A stretch of 64,000 bases of DNA. Origin: an uncultured delta proteobacterium (GTDB taxonomy: Bacteria > Desulfobacterota > Binatia > UBA9968). Made by a program: the position numbers and the translations under genes. Where the stretch lies: NCBI GenBank assembly GCA_963771465.1, contig CAVYTU010000015.1, positions 96,001 through 160,000 on the forward strand, written 5' to 3'. Positions 9,995 through 20,254 of this stretch are shown in pieces. Each line of letters opens with the position of its first letter. Position 1 is the first letter of the stretch. The notes beneath the pieces are model-generated. The model saw only the letters and a list, made by a program, of their open reading frames with translations, was not told where the DNA came from and made no database searches.

Positions 9995-10093
9995 AAGACT
10001 TCTTCTCCTTTGAAGTTCGATATATGCATTTCATCACCAATATCCATTGCAGTAAAGCCGCAACCGAAACTGGAAGTCGGCGTACTTAAACCA

Positions 10094-10762
10094 TCACTCG
10101 CCCTTGAAACCGCCAACAATCGCCGTATTGGTCTCACGCCAGAAACAATCGATGTCACGAAAACCGGCGCGCTTGAGCAGGCTAAACTGCTGCGCCAGAC
10201 TCGGCGCGGCGCCGTCCATTTTCGCTGCGTGGCCGCGGGTTTTAATTTGCAGCTCGCGGAAGTGTCGGCGCAAAGCCGGCGTTGCAAAGTTAACCCGCTC
10301 GATATTCATGAAGACGCCGCCGGGACGGAGTAATTCATGAACCTGACCGTACACCGGACCGATGAGCTTGAGTTTGCGCAGATTGTGGATCGCCCGTGCG
10401 CTCACCACCGCGTCCAACTGCCGCGGCAAGTTCGTAATCCAATTCTCCGCGCCAAAATCAGCCTGCGCGTAACTTACTCTGTCGCCGTAGGATGCCAGAC
10501 GTTGACGCGCGAGCTTCAGCATCTCATCGGAGCCATCCGAGCAAATGACGTGCATATCGGGAAACGTCGCGAGCAATTTCTCCGCCAATGTCCCAGGACC
10601 GCAACCCAGATCCATTACGCGAGATTGTCCGCCGACAAACACCGACAGCCAACTGAGCGCAGCGGTAAATTGCGCTTCGCGCTCCGCCGCGCGCCGGCTA
10701 TCCTTGTCGACCCATTCTTGGTCATACTGTTGCGAGCCCCACTCATGTTCGCTTTTCGCCAT
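10094..10762 (-). CDS. Class I SAM-dependent methyltransferase
   Basis: Motif I VMDLGCGPG, DAVVSARAIHNL, LLRPGGVF; GGAG RBS before ATG 10762. Confidence 0.85.
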   Translation of the reverse strand: MAKSEHEWGSQQYDQEWVDKDSRRAAEREAQFTAALSWLSVFVGGQSRVMDLGCGPGTLAEKLLATFPDMHVICSDGSDEMLKLARQRLASYGDRVSYAQADFGAENWITNLPRQLDAVVSARAIHNLRKLKLIGPVYGQVHELLRPGGVFMNIERVNFATPALRRHFRELQIKTRGHAAKMDGAAPSLAQQFSLLKRAGFRDIDCFWRETNTAIVGGFKGE

Positions 10763-10926
10763 CTTACACTGCTCCAATCAGTTAACCTTGAGCCACACTC
10801 CGCCTTGGCCCATGCCAACAGCGCGCTGAAAAGCGCGAAGTTTTCGTCATCTATTTAAGCCCTGTGTTTGGCTCCAGTTCCTTCCGCAGCCGCTCAGGAC
10901 AAGCTTTGCGACTAATCCGACCAATT

Positions 10927-12024
10927 TCAGCGCGTCACCTGACAGTGATCGGGCGGCACGTGAACGTAGACCTGTTCACCGGGCTGAAATAGTTCATGGG
11001 GGCTCAGCAGGGCGCGGAAGATTTTGCCTTTGATCAGCACTTCGCCGTCGATAAAGCTGCCCAGGAACAGTGAGCGCTTAATCGTTCCCTCAAAACAATT
11101 ATCGACAAACTTGCTGCGCTCGTGGGAGCACATCAATGCTTCGGGGCGAATTACGACAAAGACCGAATCGTTGACGTTCACTTCTTCGTTTTTGCTGAGA
11201 TCCACCAAGATCGGCCCGAGCTCGGTATCCACCGAGCCCTTGTCACCGGTTATGGTCACTCGTCCTTGGAGCGCGTTGGCAGTACCGAGAAACTCAGCCA
11301 CCAGTTTGTTCTTGGGCCGTACGTACATTTGATACGGCGTACCCACCTCGACCAACTCGCCATTCATGATCACACCGACGCTGTCCGATAGCGCCAGCGC
11401 CTCGGTCTGGTCGTGGGTGACAAAAAACGTCGTGATACCGACGGCGCGCGCCACTTCCTTTAACTCAACGCGCATCTCCTCGCGTAGCTTGGCGTCTAGA
11501 TTGCTGAGCGGTTCGTCGAGCAAGAGCAGTTTGGGTTTGCGCACCAGCGCGCGCGCCAGGGCGACACGCTGTTGTTGACCGCCGCTCAATTGAGTCGCCG
11601 GCCGACTGGCGTAGCCGCCCATTTGCACTTGAGCTAAAGCCTCGTTTACGCCTTTTTCGACGTCAGCTTTTGAATGTTTTTTTCCTTTGGCGCCGTAGAG
11701 CAATGGGAACGCCACGTTGTGAAACACGTCCATGTGCGGCCAGATGGCGTAGGATTGAAACACCATGCCGATGGGCCGCTGTTCGGGCGGTACGAGAATC
11801 TGCCGTTTAGCCGAAAAGACGCACTCGCCGCCGATGTGAATCTCACCGTCTTCGGGCTGCTCCAAGCCGGCGATGCAGCGCAACGTCGTGCTCTTCCCCG
11901 AGCCGCTGGGCCCGAGCAAAGTGAAAAATTGTCCCTCGGCGATATCGATGTTCACGTCCTGCACGGCGCGCACCTCGCCCTTGTCAACCACGAAGCTTTT
12001 TCTCAAGTTGTCGATTCTTAGCAT
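10927..12024 (-). CDS. ABC transporter ATP-binding protein (PotA/FbpC-like, TOBE domain)
   Basis: GPSGSGKS, LSGGQQQR, LLLDEPLSNLD, VTHDQ. Confidence 0.92.
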   Translation of the reverse strand: MLRIDNLRKSFVVDKGEVRAVQDVNIDIAEGQFFTLLGPSGSGKSTTLRCIAGLEQPEDGEIHIGGECVFSAKRQILVPPEQRPIGMVFQSYAIWPHMDVFHNVAFPLLYGAKGKKHSKADVEKGVNEALAQVQMGGYASRPATQLSGGQQQRVALARALVRKPKLLLLDEPLSNLDAKLREEMRVELKEVARAVGITTFFVTHDQTEALALSDSVGVIMNGELVEVGTPYQMYVRPKNKLVAEFLGTANALQGRVTITGDKGSVDTELGPILVDLSKNEEVNVNDSVFVVIRPEALMCSHERSKFVDNCFEGTIKRSLFLGSFIDGEVLIKGKIFRALLSPHELFQPGEQVYVHVPPDHCQVTR

Positions 12025-12065
12025 AGGTCTAATCTCCAATACTCAATTGTTACCGCCATATTGTT

Positions 12066-13232
12066 TTACCATGGGCCGCACGTTTGCTGACTGAGTCGCA
12101 CGTCGCGTTTTTCCCGATCCGATTCGAGAATCGCCAGACAGACCTCGAGAGTCGCCTTGGCCCATCGACCATCCGGATAAAGCTTTTTCGGTTCAGCGAT
12201 CGCTTCACGCAACGCTAGCAGCGCACCGGTCACAGAAGGTCTTCCCTTGCCGGGATAGCTCGAACAAGAAATCTCCTGGCAGCCCGCCGCGGTGTAAACA
12301 TAAAGCCCGCTCTGGGATTGGCGCAGATCGCCCTTTTCGCAGCTCACTAATGTAAAGCCATAAAACGGTTGGCCTTTACCTTCCGGCGATCCGAAAAAAT
12401 AATCCCGCCGCGGCGCCGCCTGATACTTGGTCGCTTCGTCCGCCGCCGCGGTAAAACGCTCGTCAGTCGGCGGGCCGCCCGCAGTGCTCATGCCGTGGGT
12501 AAGCTCCCGCGTACTGAAAAAGCCATAGCCGTTCATCACCATGGTGACCGGCGTACCATCCGCCATTTCGATGAACGCGGTATAGTTGCCTTCGGTATCT
12601 TTGAAATTTACATCCCACCGGCCGGTCATAGCCCGCACGGTTTTCACCATGCCGCCACCGATGGCGCGAATGATGTCGGCCTGGTGCGGCGCTTGACGAA
12701 AGACGACACCGCCGCCGGCATCCGTGCTGAGTTCGGAGGCCAGGCGCGCTTTACGCTGCAACCAGCCGCCGTACATCCAGGTGTTGATTTGAATCACTCG
12801 CCCGAGCTCGCCGCTGCGCACGATCTCCGCCATTTTTTTAACCGGCGGATCGTAAATGCGCGAGTGGCCGTAGACGAGCTTGACATTGGCCTTGTCCGCC
12901 GCGGTGATGAGAACATCAGAATCCGCCAGCGTGAGCGCCAACGGCTTCACGACGATGACGTGCTTGCGGTTGGCGATCGCCGCCAGCGCATTGGCAACGT
13001 GAAATTTGTTCGGCGTGGCGACGTAAACCACGTCCACCACGTCGCTGGCGCACATCTCGTCGACGCTGGTAAAACTATTCGTGCCGTATTTTTCATGGTG
13101 CGTGCGCAAGGCGTCCTGGCGAGTGTCCGCGATCGCGGTGAGTTCGAATCCCGGCAAACCGGGAACCGCCTGGACGACTTGGCCGCCGGCATCGCCCACG
13201 CCGGCAACGCCGACTCTTAGTGTTTGCGCCAT
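12066..13232 (-). CDS. Gfo/Idh/MocA oxidoreductase, phthalate cis-dihydrodiol dehydrogenase (OphB/Pht4)-like
   Basis: GVAGVGDAG Rossmann motif, VYVATPNKFH, GGGVVFRQAPHQADI, SCEKGDLR, WAKATLEVCLAILES. Confidence 0.8.
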   Translation of the reverse strand: MAQTLRVGVAGVGDAGGQVVQAVPGLPGFELTAIADTRQDALRTHHEKYGTNSFTSVDEMCASDVVDVVYVATPNKFHVANALAAIANRKHVIVVKPLALTLADSDVLITAADKANVKLVYGHSRIYDPPVKKMAEIVRSGELGRVIQINTWMYGGWLQRKARLASELSTDAGGGVVFRQAPHQADIIRAIGGGMVKTVRAMTGRWDVNFKDTEGNYTAFIEMADGTPVTMVMNGYGFFSTRELTHGMSTAGGPPTDERFTAAADEATKYQAAPRRDYFFGSPEGKGQPFYGFTLVSCEKGDLRQSQSGLYVYTAAGCQEISCSSYPGKGRPSVTGALLALREAIAEPKKLYPDGRWAKATLEVCLAILESDREKRDVRLSQQTCGPW

Positions 13233-13395
13233 AAATTCTTACAATCCCGCAATCGGCTCGCCCAAAAAAATTCAGCGATCCGTAATGTACCGATAATCAA
13301 CACCGCGTTAAACAAGCTGATGATTGCAATTACTAAACAAACAGATCGTGGTCAACCCTCATGCGGCCAGAATAACGGCGCTGCGAGGAGAAGCG

Positions 13396-14409
13396 CTACT
13401 TCGATGCGAGAATCTCGCGCCAGAAGTGACAGGCGACGGAATGCTCGTTTTCGACTTTTTCCAAGGCCGGACGTTGCTCGCGGCAACGCTGCTGCGCGTA
13501 GGGGCAGCGGGTGTGATAGCGGCAACCAGACGGCGCATCGAGGAGCCCAGGGATATCGCCCGCGGTGAAACGCACCGCCGCGTTGAGCTGCGCGCGCGCC
13601 GTGTGGTCGGGACGAAGCACGGAAGCGATGAGGCCTTTGGTGTAAGGGTGAAGCGGACGATCAAAAAGCGCGGCGGCCGGCGCGGTTTCGACGAACTGGC
13701 CGAGATACATGACCGCCACCCGATCGCTGAGCGAGCGCACCACGCCCAAGTTGTGGGCGACGAAGAGATAGGCGACGCCCAGATCTTCTTTCAATTCCTG
13801 CAAGAGATTTAAAATCTGTGCTTGGATCGAGACGTCGAGAGATGAAACCGGCTCATCACAGACGACGAATTTCGGCCGCGTCACCAGCGCCCGCGCGATA
13901 CCGACGCGTTGCTGCTGCCCGCCGCTCAGCTGCGCCGGCCGCTGATTGAAATAGGACGACGCCAACCCAACCTGCCCGAGCATTTCCCGCGCCCTCCGTC
14001 TGCGCTCGTCGCGCGCCGCCAATCGATGCACGCGCAGCGGCTCTTCGACGATCCGTCCAACGCTCCAACGCGGGTTGAGCGAACCGCGCGGGTCTTGAAA
14101 GACGATCTGCATTTGCCGGCGCATGGAGCGAAGGGCCGAGCCTGCCAGTTGGGTTAAGTCTTGGCCGAGAAAGCTGACCTTGCCCGATGCCGGACGAATG
14201 AGCTGCAAAATGGCCCGTCCCAAACTCGACTTGCCGCAACCGCTTTCACCGACCAGGCCGAGCGTCTCGCCGGGGTAAAGTTCAAACGAAACCTTATCCA
14301 CCGCTGTCAACACGCGATTGGGCCCAAGTGAATACCGCACTTCCAAATTTTCCACCGAAAGCAGCGGCTCACTTTTGGCATTATTAGTAAGGGGAATTGC
14401 ATCACTCAT
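13396..14409 (-). CDS. dppF: Oligo/dipeptide ABC ATP-binding subunit
   Basis: GESGCGKS, LSGGQQQR, CDEPVSSLDVS, HPYT, GCRYHTRCP...VACH. Confidence 0.85.
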   Translation of the reverse strand: MSDAIPLTNNAKSEPLLSVENLEVRYSLGPNRVLTAVDKVSFELYPGETLGLVGESGCGKSSLGRAILQLIRPASGKVSFLGQDLTQLAGSALRSMRRQMQIVFQDPRGSLNPRWSVGRIVEEPLRVHRLAARDERRRRAREMLGQVGLASSYFNQRPAQLSGGQQQRVGIARALVTRPKFVVCDEPVSSLDVSIQAQILNLLQELKEDLGVAYLFVAHNLGVVRSLSDRVAVMYLGQFVETAPAAALFDRPLHPYTKGLIASVLRPDHTARAQLNAAVRFTAGDIPGLLDAPSGCRYHTRCPYAQQRCREQRPALEKVENEHSVACHFWREILASK

Positions 14410-14422
14410 GGTTGCAATCGGA

Positions 14423-14510
14423 TTTCTCACCCTAAAGGACACGAAGAGCACGAAGTTCGGTGAAATATTTTCCCGAACTCTTCGTATCCTTCCTGATCTT
14501 CGTGATGAAA
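14423..14510. repeat. Imperfect inverted repeat of 9-mer units (CACGAAG) between dppD and dppF
   Basis: GACACGAAGAGCACGAAGTTCGG...CCGAACTCTTCGTATCCTTCCTGATCTTCGTG. Confidence 0.65.
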
Positions 14511-14517
14511 AATATCT

Positions 14518-15522
14518 TCACTCTTTCTCCGCCGCTGCCGCCGCAAAACGTTCTTCCGCCAGCCAACAGGCGCTCACGTGATGGTTGCCGAAATCGTGTA
14601 CCGGTGGATCGTCGCTGTGACAGCGCTCGGCGGCAAACTCACAGCGCGCGCTAAAGCAGCAGCCGCGCGCAACTCCAAAGACCGGCGCGGGTTGTCCCGG
14701 AATCGGTGCGAGCCTACGTTCAACCGGTGCATCGATGCGCGACACTAAACGCAACAGCGCGGCTGTGTAGGGATGATTGGGACGGGTAAGAATCTCTTCT
14801 ATGTGGCCTCTTTCCACCACCCGTCCGCCGTACATCACCTGGGCGAAGTCGCAGGTCGCCGCGATCACGCCGAGATCATGACTGATCATGATCAATGCCA
14901 TACCCAACTCGTCGCGCAGGCGATTGAGCAGCATCAGTACTTGCGATTGCACGGTCACATCGAGCGCGGTGGTGGGCTCGTCGGCGATGAGCAGTTTCGG
15001 TTCACATGCGATGGCGATGGCGATCATGATGCGCTGGCGCATGCCGCCGCTAAATTGTTCCGGCAGATCGTCGTAACGGCGCGCCGGCTCGCCGATGCCG
15101 ACCAGCTCCATCAATTCTTGAGTACGCGCGCGCGCCACCGGCTTCTTTAAACCGCGATGGTAACGCAGCGTCTCGGCGATCTGCTCGCCGACCGGCATGA
15201 CCGGATTGAGCGACGTCAGCGGATCCTGAAATACCATGGCGATTTTGCTGCCGCGGATATGGCGAAGGTCAGCTTGGGAAAGTTTGAGCAAATCGACGCC
15301 GTCAAACAGAATCTCGCCGCTGACGACGACTTTATCGAGCAGCCCGAACAAGCGGAGAATGCTCAACGCAGTAACGCTTTTGCCGCTGCCACTTTCGCCG
15401 ACGATGCCAATGGCGGCGCGATGGTGCAGCGCAAAAGAGACGCCGTCGACGGCGCGGAGAATTCCATTGGCAGTACTGAACTGCGTGCACAGATTCTTGA
15501 CTTCGAGCAGCGCGTCGCTCAT
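14518..15522 (-). CDS. dppD: Oligo/dipeptide ABC ATP-binding subunit
   Basis: GESGSGKS, FSGGMRQR, ADEPTTALDVT; ATG 15522 overlaps the dppC stop. Confidence 0.85.
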   Translation of the reverse strand: MSDALLEVKNLCTQFSTANGILRAVDGVSFALHHRAAIGIVGESGSGKSVTALSILRLFGLLDKVVVSGEILFDGVDLLKLSQADLRHIRGSKIAMVFQDPLTSLNPVMPVGEQIAETLRYHRGLKKPVARARTQELMELVGIGEPARRYDDLPEQFSGGMRQRIMIAIAIACEPKLLIADEPTTALDVTVQSQVLMLLNRLRDELGMALIMISHDLGVIAATCDFAQVMYGGRVVERGHIEEILTRPNHPYTAALLRLVSRIDAPVERRLAPIPGQPAPVFGVARGCCFSARCEFAAERCHSDDPPVHDFGNHHVSACWLAEERFAAAAAEKE

Positions 15523-16418
15523 GCCGCGCTGCCACTGGTCGCGGCGAAACGGCGCGACAGCATATTTAACGCTAACACGGTTAGCCCGAGCATAATGCCC
15601 GGCATAATCGCCAACCACCACGCCACCGCGAGATAAGCGCGTCCGCGCGCGATCAAGAGTCCCCAGGTCGTCGCCGGCGGCTGCACGCCGACGCCGAGAA
15701 AACTAAGTCCCGCCTCGGCAAGCATGACGTGGCCCAATTCAATGACGGCGAGCACGGCGATGCGCGGCGCCATGTTGGGAAGAATGTTCGACCAGAGTAT
15801 CGTCCAATCGGTGGCGCCGGTCGCCACCGCCGCTTCGACGAATAGACAACCGCGCAACCGTAATGTTTCGGCGCGCACCATGCGGGCGAAGGCGGGCCAA
15901 ATCAATGTTGGGAGAATCATTACCACGTTGAGCACTGTCGGTCCCAACACGGTCAAGAAAAAAATCGCTACCAGAAACATCGGCATGGCGGTCTGCGCTT
16001 CACTGAGCCGCATGACGAAACGGTCCACCGCGCCGCCGTAATAACCGGCGACTAGGCCTAAAGCGACACCGATTGCCATGCCGATGAAGTTGCTGATGAG
16101 ACCGATGAAGAGGGTTAAGCGCGCCCCGGCGATCATGTTCGACAACAGATCGCGGCCCAGTTGATCGGTGCCAAGCCAATGAAAGCCCCGGCTCGATAAA
16201 GATAACGGCGGCATCAAGCGCGCCAACACCTGCTGCGCCGTCGGATCGTAAGGCGCAAGTTGTGCGCCGGTCACGGCGAACAAGGTAACGACCACCAAGT
16301 ATCCGAGCCAGACAACTAAGCCCCAGCTCAGAAAAAGCCGGAGTGATGCAGTGTTGGAGCGTTGCAATAATCCACTCAAACCCCAAGACTCGATGACTTC
16401 ATCACGCCATTTTCCCAT
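15519..16418 (-). CDS. dppC: Oligo/dipeptide ABC permease
   Basis: HWLGTDQLGRD, FVEAAVATGA (EAA loop), EAGLSFLGVGVQPP..TWG. Confidence 0.85.
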   Translation of the reverse strand: MGKWRDEVIESWGLSGLLQRSNTASLRLFLSWGLVVWLGYLVVVTLFAVTGAQLAPYDPTAQQVLARLMPPLSLSSRGFHWLGTDQLGRDLLSNMIAGARLTLFIGLISNFIGMAIGVALGLVAGYYGGAVDRFVMRLSEAQTAMPMFLVAIFFLTVLGPTVLNVVMILPTLIWPAFARMVRAETLRLRGCLFVEAAVATGATDWTILWSNILPNMAPRIAVLAVIELGHVMLAEAGLSFLGVGVQPPATTWGLLIARGRAYLAVAWWLAIMPGIMLGLTVLALNMLSRRFAATSGSAA

Positions 16419-16426
16419 GACTTTTC

Positions 16427-17362
16427 CTACGCCGCGCGAATACGAGTATCGAGATAGCGATGAAGCAAATCGACGACGCCGTTGGTGACGATGACGAACG
16501 CGCCGGCGATGATGACGGCGGCTTGCAGCACGGGAAAATCCTGGCGCGATGCCGCGTTGATCATCAGCTGGCCAATGCCGGGCCAGGCAAACACGACTTC
16601 GATGGCGAACGCCGCGCCGCCCATCATGCGCACGTATTCCCAGCCGATGGTCGTGAGCATCGTCACCGCGGTGTTGCGCAGAATATGCTTCCAGAGTATC
16701 AGCCGTTCCGGCAAGCCTTTGCTGCGCGCCACCAAGGCGTAGGGTTTGGTCATCTCTTCGAAAGTCGCCGAGCGCACCAGCTGAAACACCCGTGCGCCAT
16801 GAATGATCGCCAGCGCGCCAGCGGGAAGAACCAAACCTTGCCACGACGCAAATCCGGATGTCGGCAACACACCAAGCTGCACCGCGAAGATCACGATCAA
16901 AAGCAAACCCAACCAAAAATTGGGCACCGATAATGCCGTAATCGACAAGAAGTTTGCCCCGCGATCAAGTGCGGATTCGGGCCGGGCGCCGGCGAGGACG
17001 CCGAGCAGCGAACCACCCGATCCGGCGAAAACCAAGCCGACCAGGGTGAGCAACACGGTCGCCGGCAAAGCCTCAAGCACGACGGTTAACGCCGGCCGGT
17101 CCTGCCACAACGATTGACCGAAATCGCCGCGCACCAACGAGCCGAAGTAAGCGGTGAATTGTTCCGCAAACGGACGGTCCAGGCCGAGCTGGCGGCGCAA
17201 ACGGGCGATTTCTTGCTCGCTGGCATCCACCGGCGCCATCAGCGCCGCAGGATCGCCGATCATGTGGCCGAGGACGAAGATCACCAGAGTGACCAGGAAG
17301 AGAACGAGCAAGCCATCGCGCAGCCGCGCGAGCAGAAAAACCGGGAGCGAAGAATGATTCAA
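16427..17362 (-). CDS. dppB: Oligo/dipeptide ABC permease
   Basis: GDPA...LGLDRP...GDFGQS, ARSKGL, IEVVFAWPGIG, DFPVLQ; TTG start uncertain. Confidence 0.85.
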   Translation of the reverse strand: MNHSSLPVFLLARLRDGLLVLFLVTLVIFVLGHMIGDPAALMAPVDASEQEIARLRRQLGLDRPFAEQFTAYFGSLVRGDFGQSLWQDRPALTVVLEALPATVLLTLVGLVFAGSGGSLLGVLAGARPESALDRGANFLSITALSVPNFWLGLLLIVIFAVQLGVLPTSGFASWQGLVLPAGALAIIHGARVFQLVRSATFEEMTKPYALVARSKGLPERLILWKHILRNTAVTMLTTIGWEYVRMMGGAAFAIEVVFAWPGIGQLMINAASRQDFPVLQAAVIIAGAFVIVTNGVVDLLHRYLDTRIRAA

Positions 17363-17378
17363 GAAATTGATCCGGCAA

Positions 17379-18866
17379 TCATTGGCTAGCGCGCATGGCG
17401 GCGACGCGCACCTCATCATCGAGTCTCGGCTGCCACTCGAGCCGCTTGGACAAGCCGTAGATCAAATTCTGCTGCAGCAAATAGATCGCATGGGGATCTT
17501 TGTTCAGCATCGCCCACACTTCTTGATAGAGCTTATCGCGCGCCTTTTGATCCAAGGTCTGAATCGCCTTGTCCATCAGCTCGTCGATTTTTTTGTCGCA
17601 CAGTTTACTCGACGTGCCGTCGCAGGTGATATGCGAAACGATGCGCGAGGCGTCGAACCATTCGTTGGAGTTCCAGCCATATTTGAGATCGAAGGCGTTG
17701 GCTTCCTTGCCCGGTATCCGCCCGAGCTTGCGGTAGGCGTTCCACTCGTGCAGCTGAATCTTGACCTTGATGCCAACTTCTTTAAGTTGCGCTGCGACGA
17801 ACTCGGAGGTCTCTTCGCCTTTTAAATACCGGCCGATGGGCGCGTGCAACACCAGCTCGAAGCCATCCGGAAAACCAGCCTCCTTGAGCAACTGGCGCGC
17901 CCGCTTGAGATCGTAAGCATAGGGTTTGAGCTTGGCGTTGTAGCCCAACATACCCTTGGCTAAGTGCTGCGCATCCATTGGCCGGCCGTGACCCTGGTAA
18001 ATCGTCTTGGCCAGCGTCGCTTTGTCGATGGCGAGATTGAGCGCGATGCGCACCCGCGGGTCGGCCAATTCTTTTTTGTGGGCGTTGAATTGAATGTAGC
18101 TAAACTCGGTGGCCGGCACGGAAATAAACTTCGGCGCCAGCTTGGCCTGTTCGGGCAGTAAATCGAGCACGAGATCGATCTCGCCGGCCTGTAACGCCGA
18201 GATTTGCGTTTGCGCATCGGGGATGACCCGCACGGCGAATTCTCTAATTGACGGCTTCTCGCGCCAATAGGTTTCGTTGACGGCGAGAACGATGTCGCGG
18301 CCGCGGTCCCAGCGAACAAATTTATAGGGGCCGGTGCCGATGGGCGTCACGCCAAAGTTTTTTTCCTTGGCCGCTTTCGGCGGCACCATGACCAATTGCG
18401 TCATCTGCACCGGCAACACCGCATTGGTGCCGTCGGTCATCACGTCAAGAGTGTTCTCGTCGACCGCTTTGGCGCCTTTGATATTTTCAATGTAAGACGC
18501 GCGCTGGGTCTTATACTCTTTGTCGACGATCCGGTTGACGCTAAACGCCGCCGCCTCGGCGTTGAACGGCTCGCCGTTATGGAACTTGACGTTCTTTTTT
18601 AGATTGAAGCGCCAGGTGGTATCGTTGACCGCCTTGTAACTCTCCGCCAACCAGGGAATCACCTGGCCATTGGCGCCGCGGTCCAACAAGCTTTCGAAGA
18701 TATTGCCGCTGGCGACTCGAGAGTTTCGGTCGATGACAGCCTGGCCGTCCAAGGTCGAAGGTTCGGTGCTCACTGCTATCACGAGTGGCCGCGACGGTTT
18801 GGCCGCCGCTCCGGTCAGAAACACCAGAGCCGCGGCGACTATTATTAAGTGTCTGACAGTTTTCAT
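17379..18866 (-). CDS. dppA: Family-5 peptide/nickel ABC substrate-binding protein
   Basis: Signal peptide; PWLAESY, VKFHNGEPFNA, PIGTGPYKF, DPRVRIALNLAID. Confidence 0.85.
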   Translation of the reverse strand: MKTVRHLIIVAAALVFLTGAAAKPSRPLVIAVSTEPSTLDGQAVIDRNSRVASGNIFESLLDRGANGQVIPWLAESYKAVNDTTWRFNLKKNVKFHNGEPFNAEAAAFSVNRIVDKEYKTQRASYIENIKGAKAVDENTLDVMTDGTNAVLPVQMTQLVMVPPKAAKEKNFGVTPIGTGPYKFVRWDRGRDIVLAVNETYWREKPSIREFAVRVIPDAQTQISALQAGEIDLVLDLLPEQAKLAPKFISVPATEFSYIQFNAHKKELADPRVRIALNLAIDKATLAKTIYQGHGRPMDAQHLAKGMLGYNAKLKPYAYDLKRARQLLKEAGFPDGFELVLHAPIGRYLKGEETSEFVAAQLKEVGIKVKIQLHEWNAYRKLGRIPGKEANAFDLKYGWNSNEWFDASRIVSHITCDGTSSKLCDKKIDELMDKAIQTLDQKARDKLYQEVWAMLNKDPHAIYLLQQNLIYGLSKRLEWQPRLDDEVRVAAMRASQ

Positions 18867-19165
18867 AGCATCGACCTCCTAATGACTTCCGCGATAATTT
18901 TGCCAATGTGAACCGATTGAAGAGATTGCGTTTACTAGCTTTGCCGGAGTAATTCAACGATTTCCCCCGCGCCAAAGATTAGCCAACTGCTGTGCCGAGC
19001 GATCTCTCGCTTAGCCACTAAATATCAGAAATATACTATGGAGACTATACTCCCCAACCAACGGCCCCGGCACTATGATGCTCTTGCTCCAAGGCGTCGG
19101 TTCGCGGTAATACGCTTCCAGAAGATCTAATTTTCGATCGAATGCAATTGCTAAACGCCGCGCCA

Positions 19166-20191
19166 ATGACTGCACTACGAAAAACAATCCTTTTACTCGG
19201 TTTAGCCGGGTCGCTGCCACTAATCTTCGGCTTGCGGGTCGCCCGCGCTCAGCAGGAGAAGCTCGAACGCATGGTTATCTCCTATGCCGGAATCACCGGC
19301 GGACGGGGGCCGGTTTGGATCGCCAAGGAGCTGAAACTTTTCGAAAAGCACGGCCTTGATGCGCGCCTGGTGCAAATCACCGCCGGCGCTACTTCGATCA
19401 ACGCTTTGATCGCCGGCGACGTCGACATGGCGATGACGACGTCGTCGGCTGCCGTCGCGGCGGTTCTGCGCGACGCGCCGTTGTCGATCATAGCCACCGG
19501 CGGCGCGCCACCCTACAAACTGGTCGCCCACTCGGCTATAAATTCTGCGGCACAGCTCAAGGGCAAGGTCGTCGGCAGCAGTCAACTCGCCTCCGGCGCC
19601 GACTTCGCCATCCGCAAGCTCTTGCCCAAGTTGGGATTGACTCCGGGAAAAGATGTAACCGTTTTACCGACCGGCTTAAGCGAGTCGCATAAACGCATCC
19701 TGCTGATTTTCCAGGGACGCATCGATGCTACCTTGGCGACCGTTGAAAATGTCTTCCAAGTCGAGCTCGGCGGCCAAAAACTAAACGTCATCGCCGATTT
19801 AAAAGAAATGGGTGTCCACGTCAGCGGCACGGACATGTTGACGACCCAGCAGTTTTTGAAAACCCATCCGCAAAAAGTCAAATCGTTTTTACGGGCCTAT
19901 ATCGAAGGGGTGTGGACCGGCATACAGAATCGAGAAGTTTCTGACCGCATTTACCGAAAATATTTAAAAATCGATAACCCAAAACTGTTGGAAGCGATGC
20001 ACAAAAGTTATTTTGTCGCCGGCAACGTGCCGCTCAAACCCTATCCGCAGCTCGATTCGGTACAATCGGACGTAGAATATTTAACCACGGCGAATCCCGG
20101 GCTTAAGACCAAGAAAGCAACCGAGATCGTCGACACGACGCTACTGCGCGAAATCGAGAACGAAGGCTTTTACACGCAGCTGCGGCGCTGA
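19166..20191 (+). CDS. NitT/TauT-family ABC substrate-binding protein
   Basis: Signal peptide; WIAKELKLFEKHGLD, ALIAGDVD, LKGKVVG. Confidence 0.8.
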   Translation: MTALRKTILLLGLAGSLPLIFGLRVARAQQEKLERMVISYAGITGGRGPVWIAKELKLFEKHGLDARLVQITAGATSINALIAGDVDMAMTTSSAAVAAVLRDAPLSIIATGGAPPYKLVAHSAINSAAQLKGKVVGSSQLASGADFAIRKLLPKLGLTPGKDVTVLPTGLSESHKRILLIFQGRIDATLATVENVFQVELGGQKLNVIADLKEMGVHVSGTDMLTTQQFLKTHPQKVKSFLRAYIEGVWTGIQNREVSDRIYRKYLKIDNPKLLEAMHKSYFVAGNVPLKPYPQLDSVQSDVEYLTTANPGLKTKKATEIVDTTLLREIENEGFYTQLRR

Positions 20192-20254
20192 CCCAGAGAA
20201 TGAACGCATCGCCTTAGCGAATTTTTAGCGCAACAAAATAACAAGAGAACTCAA

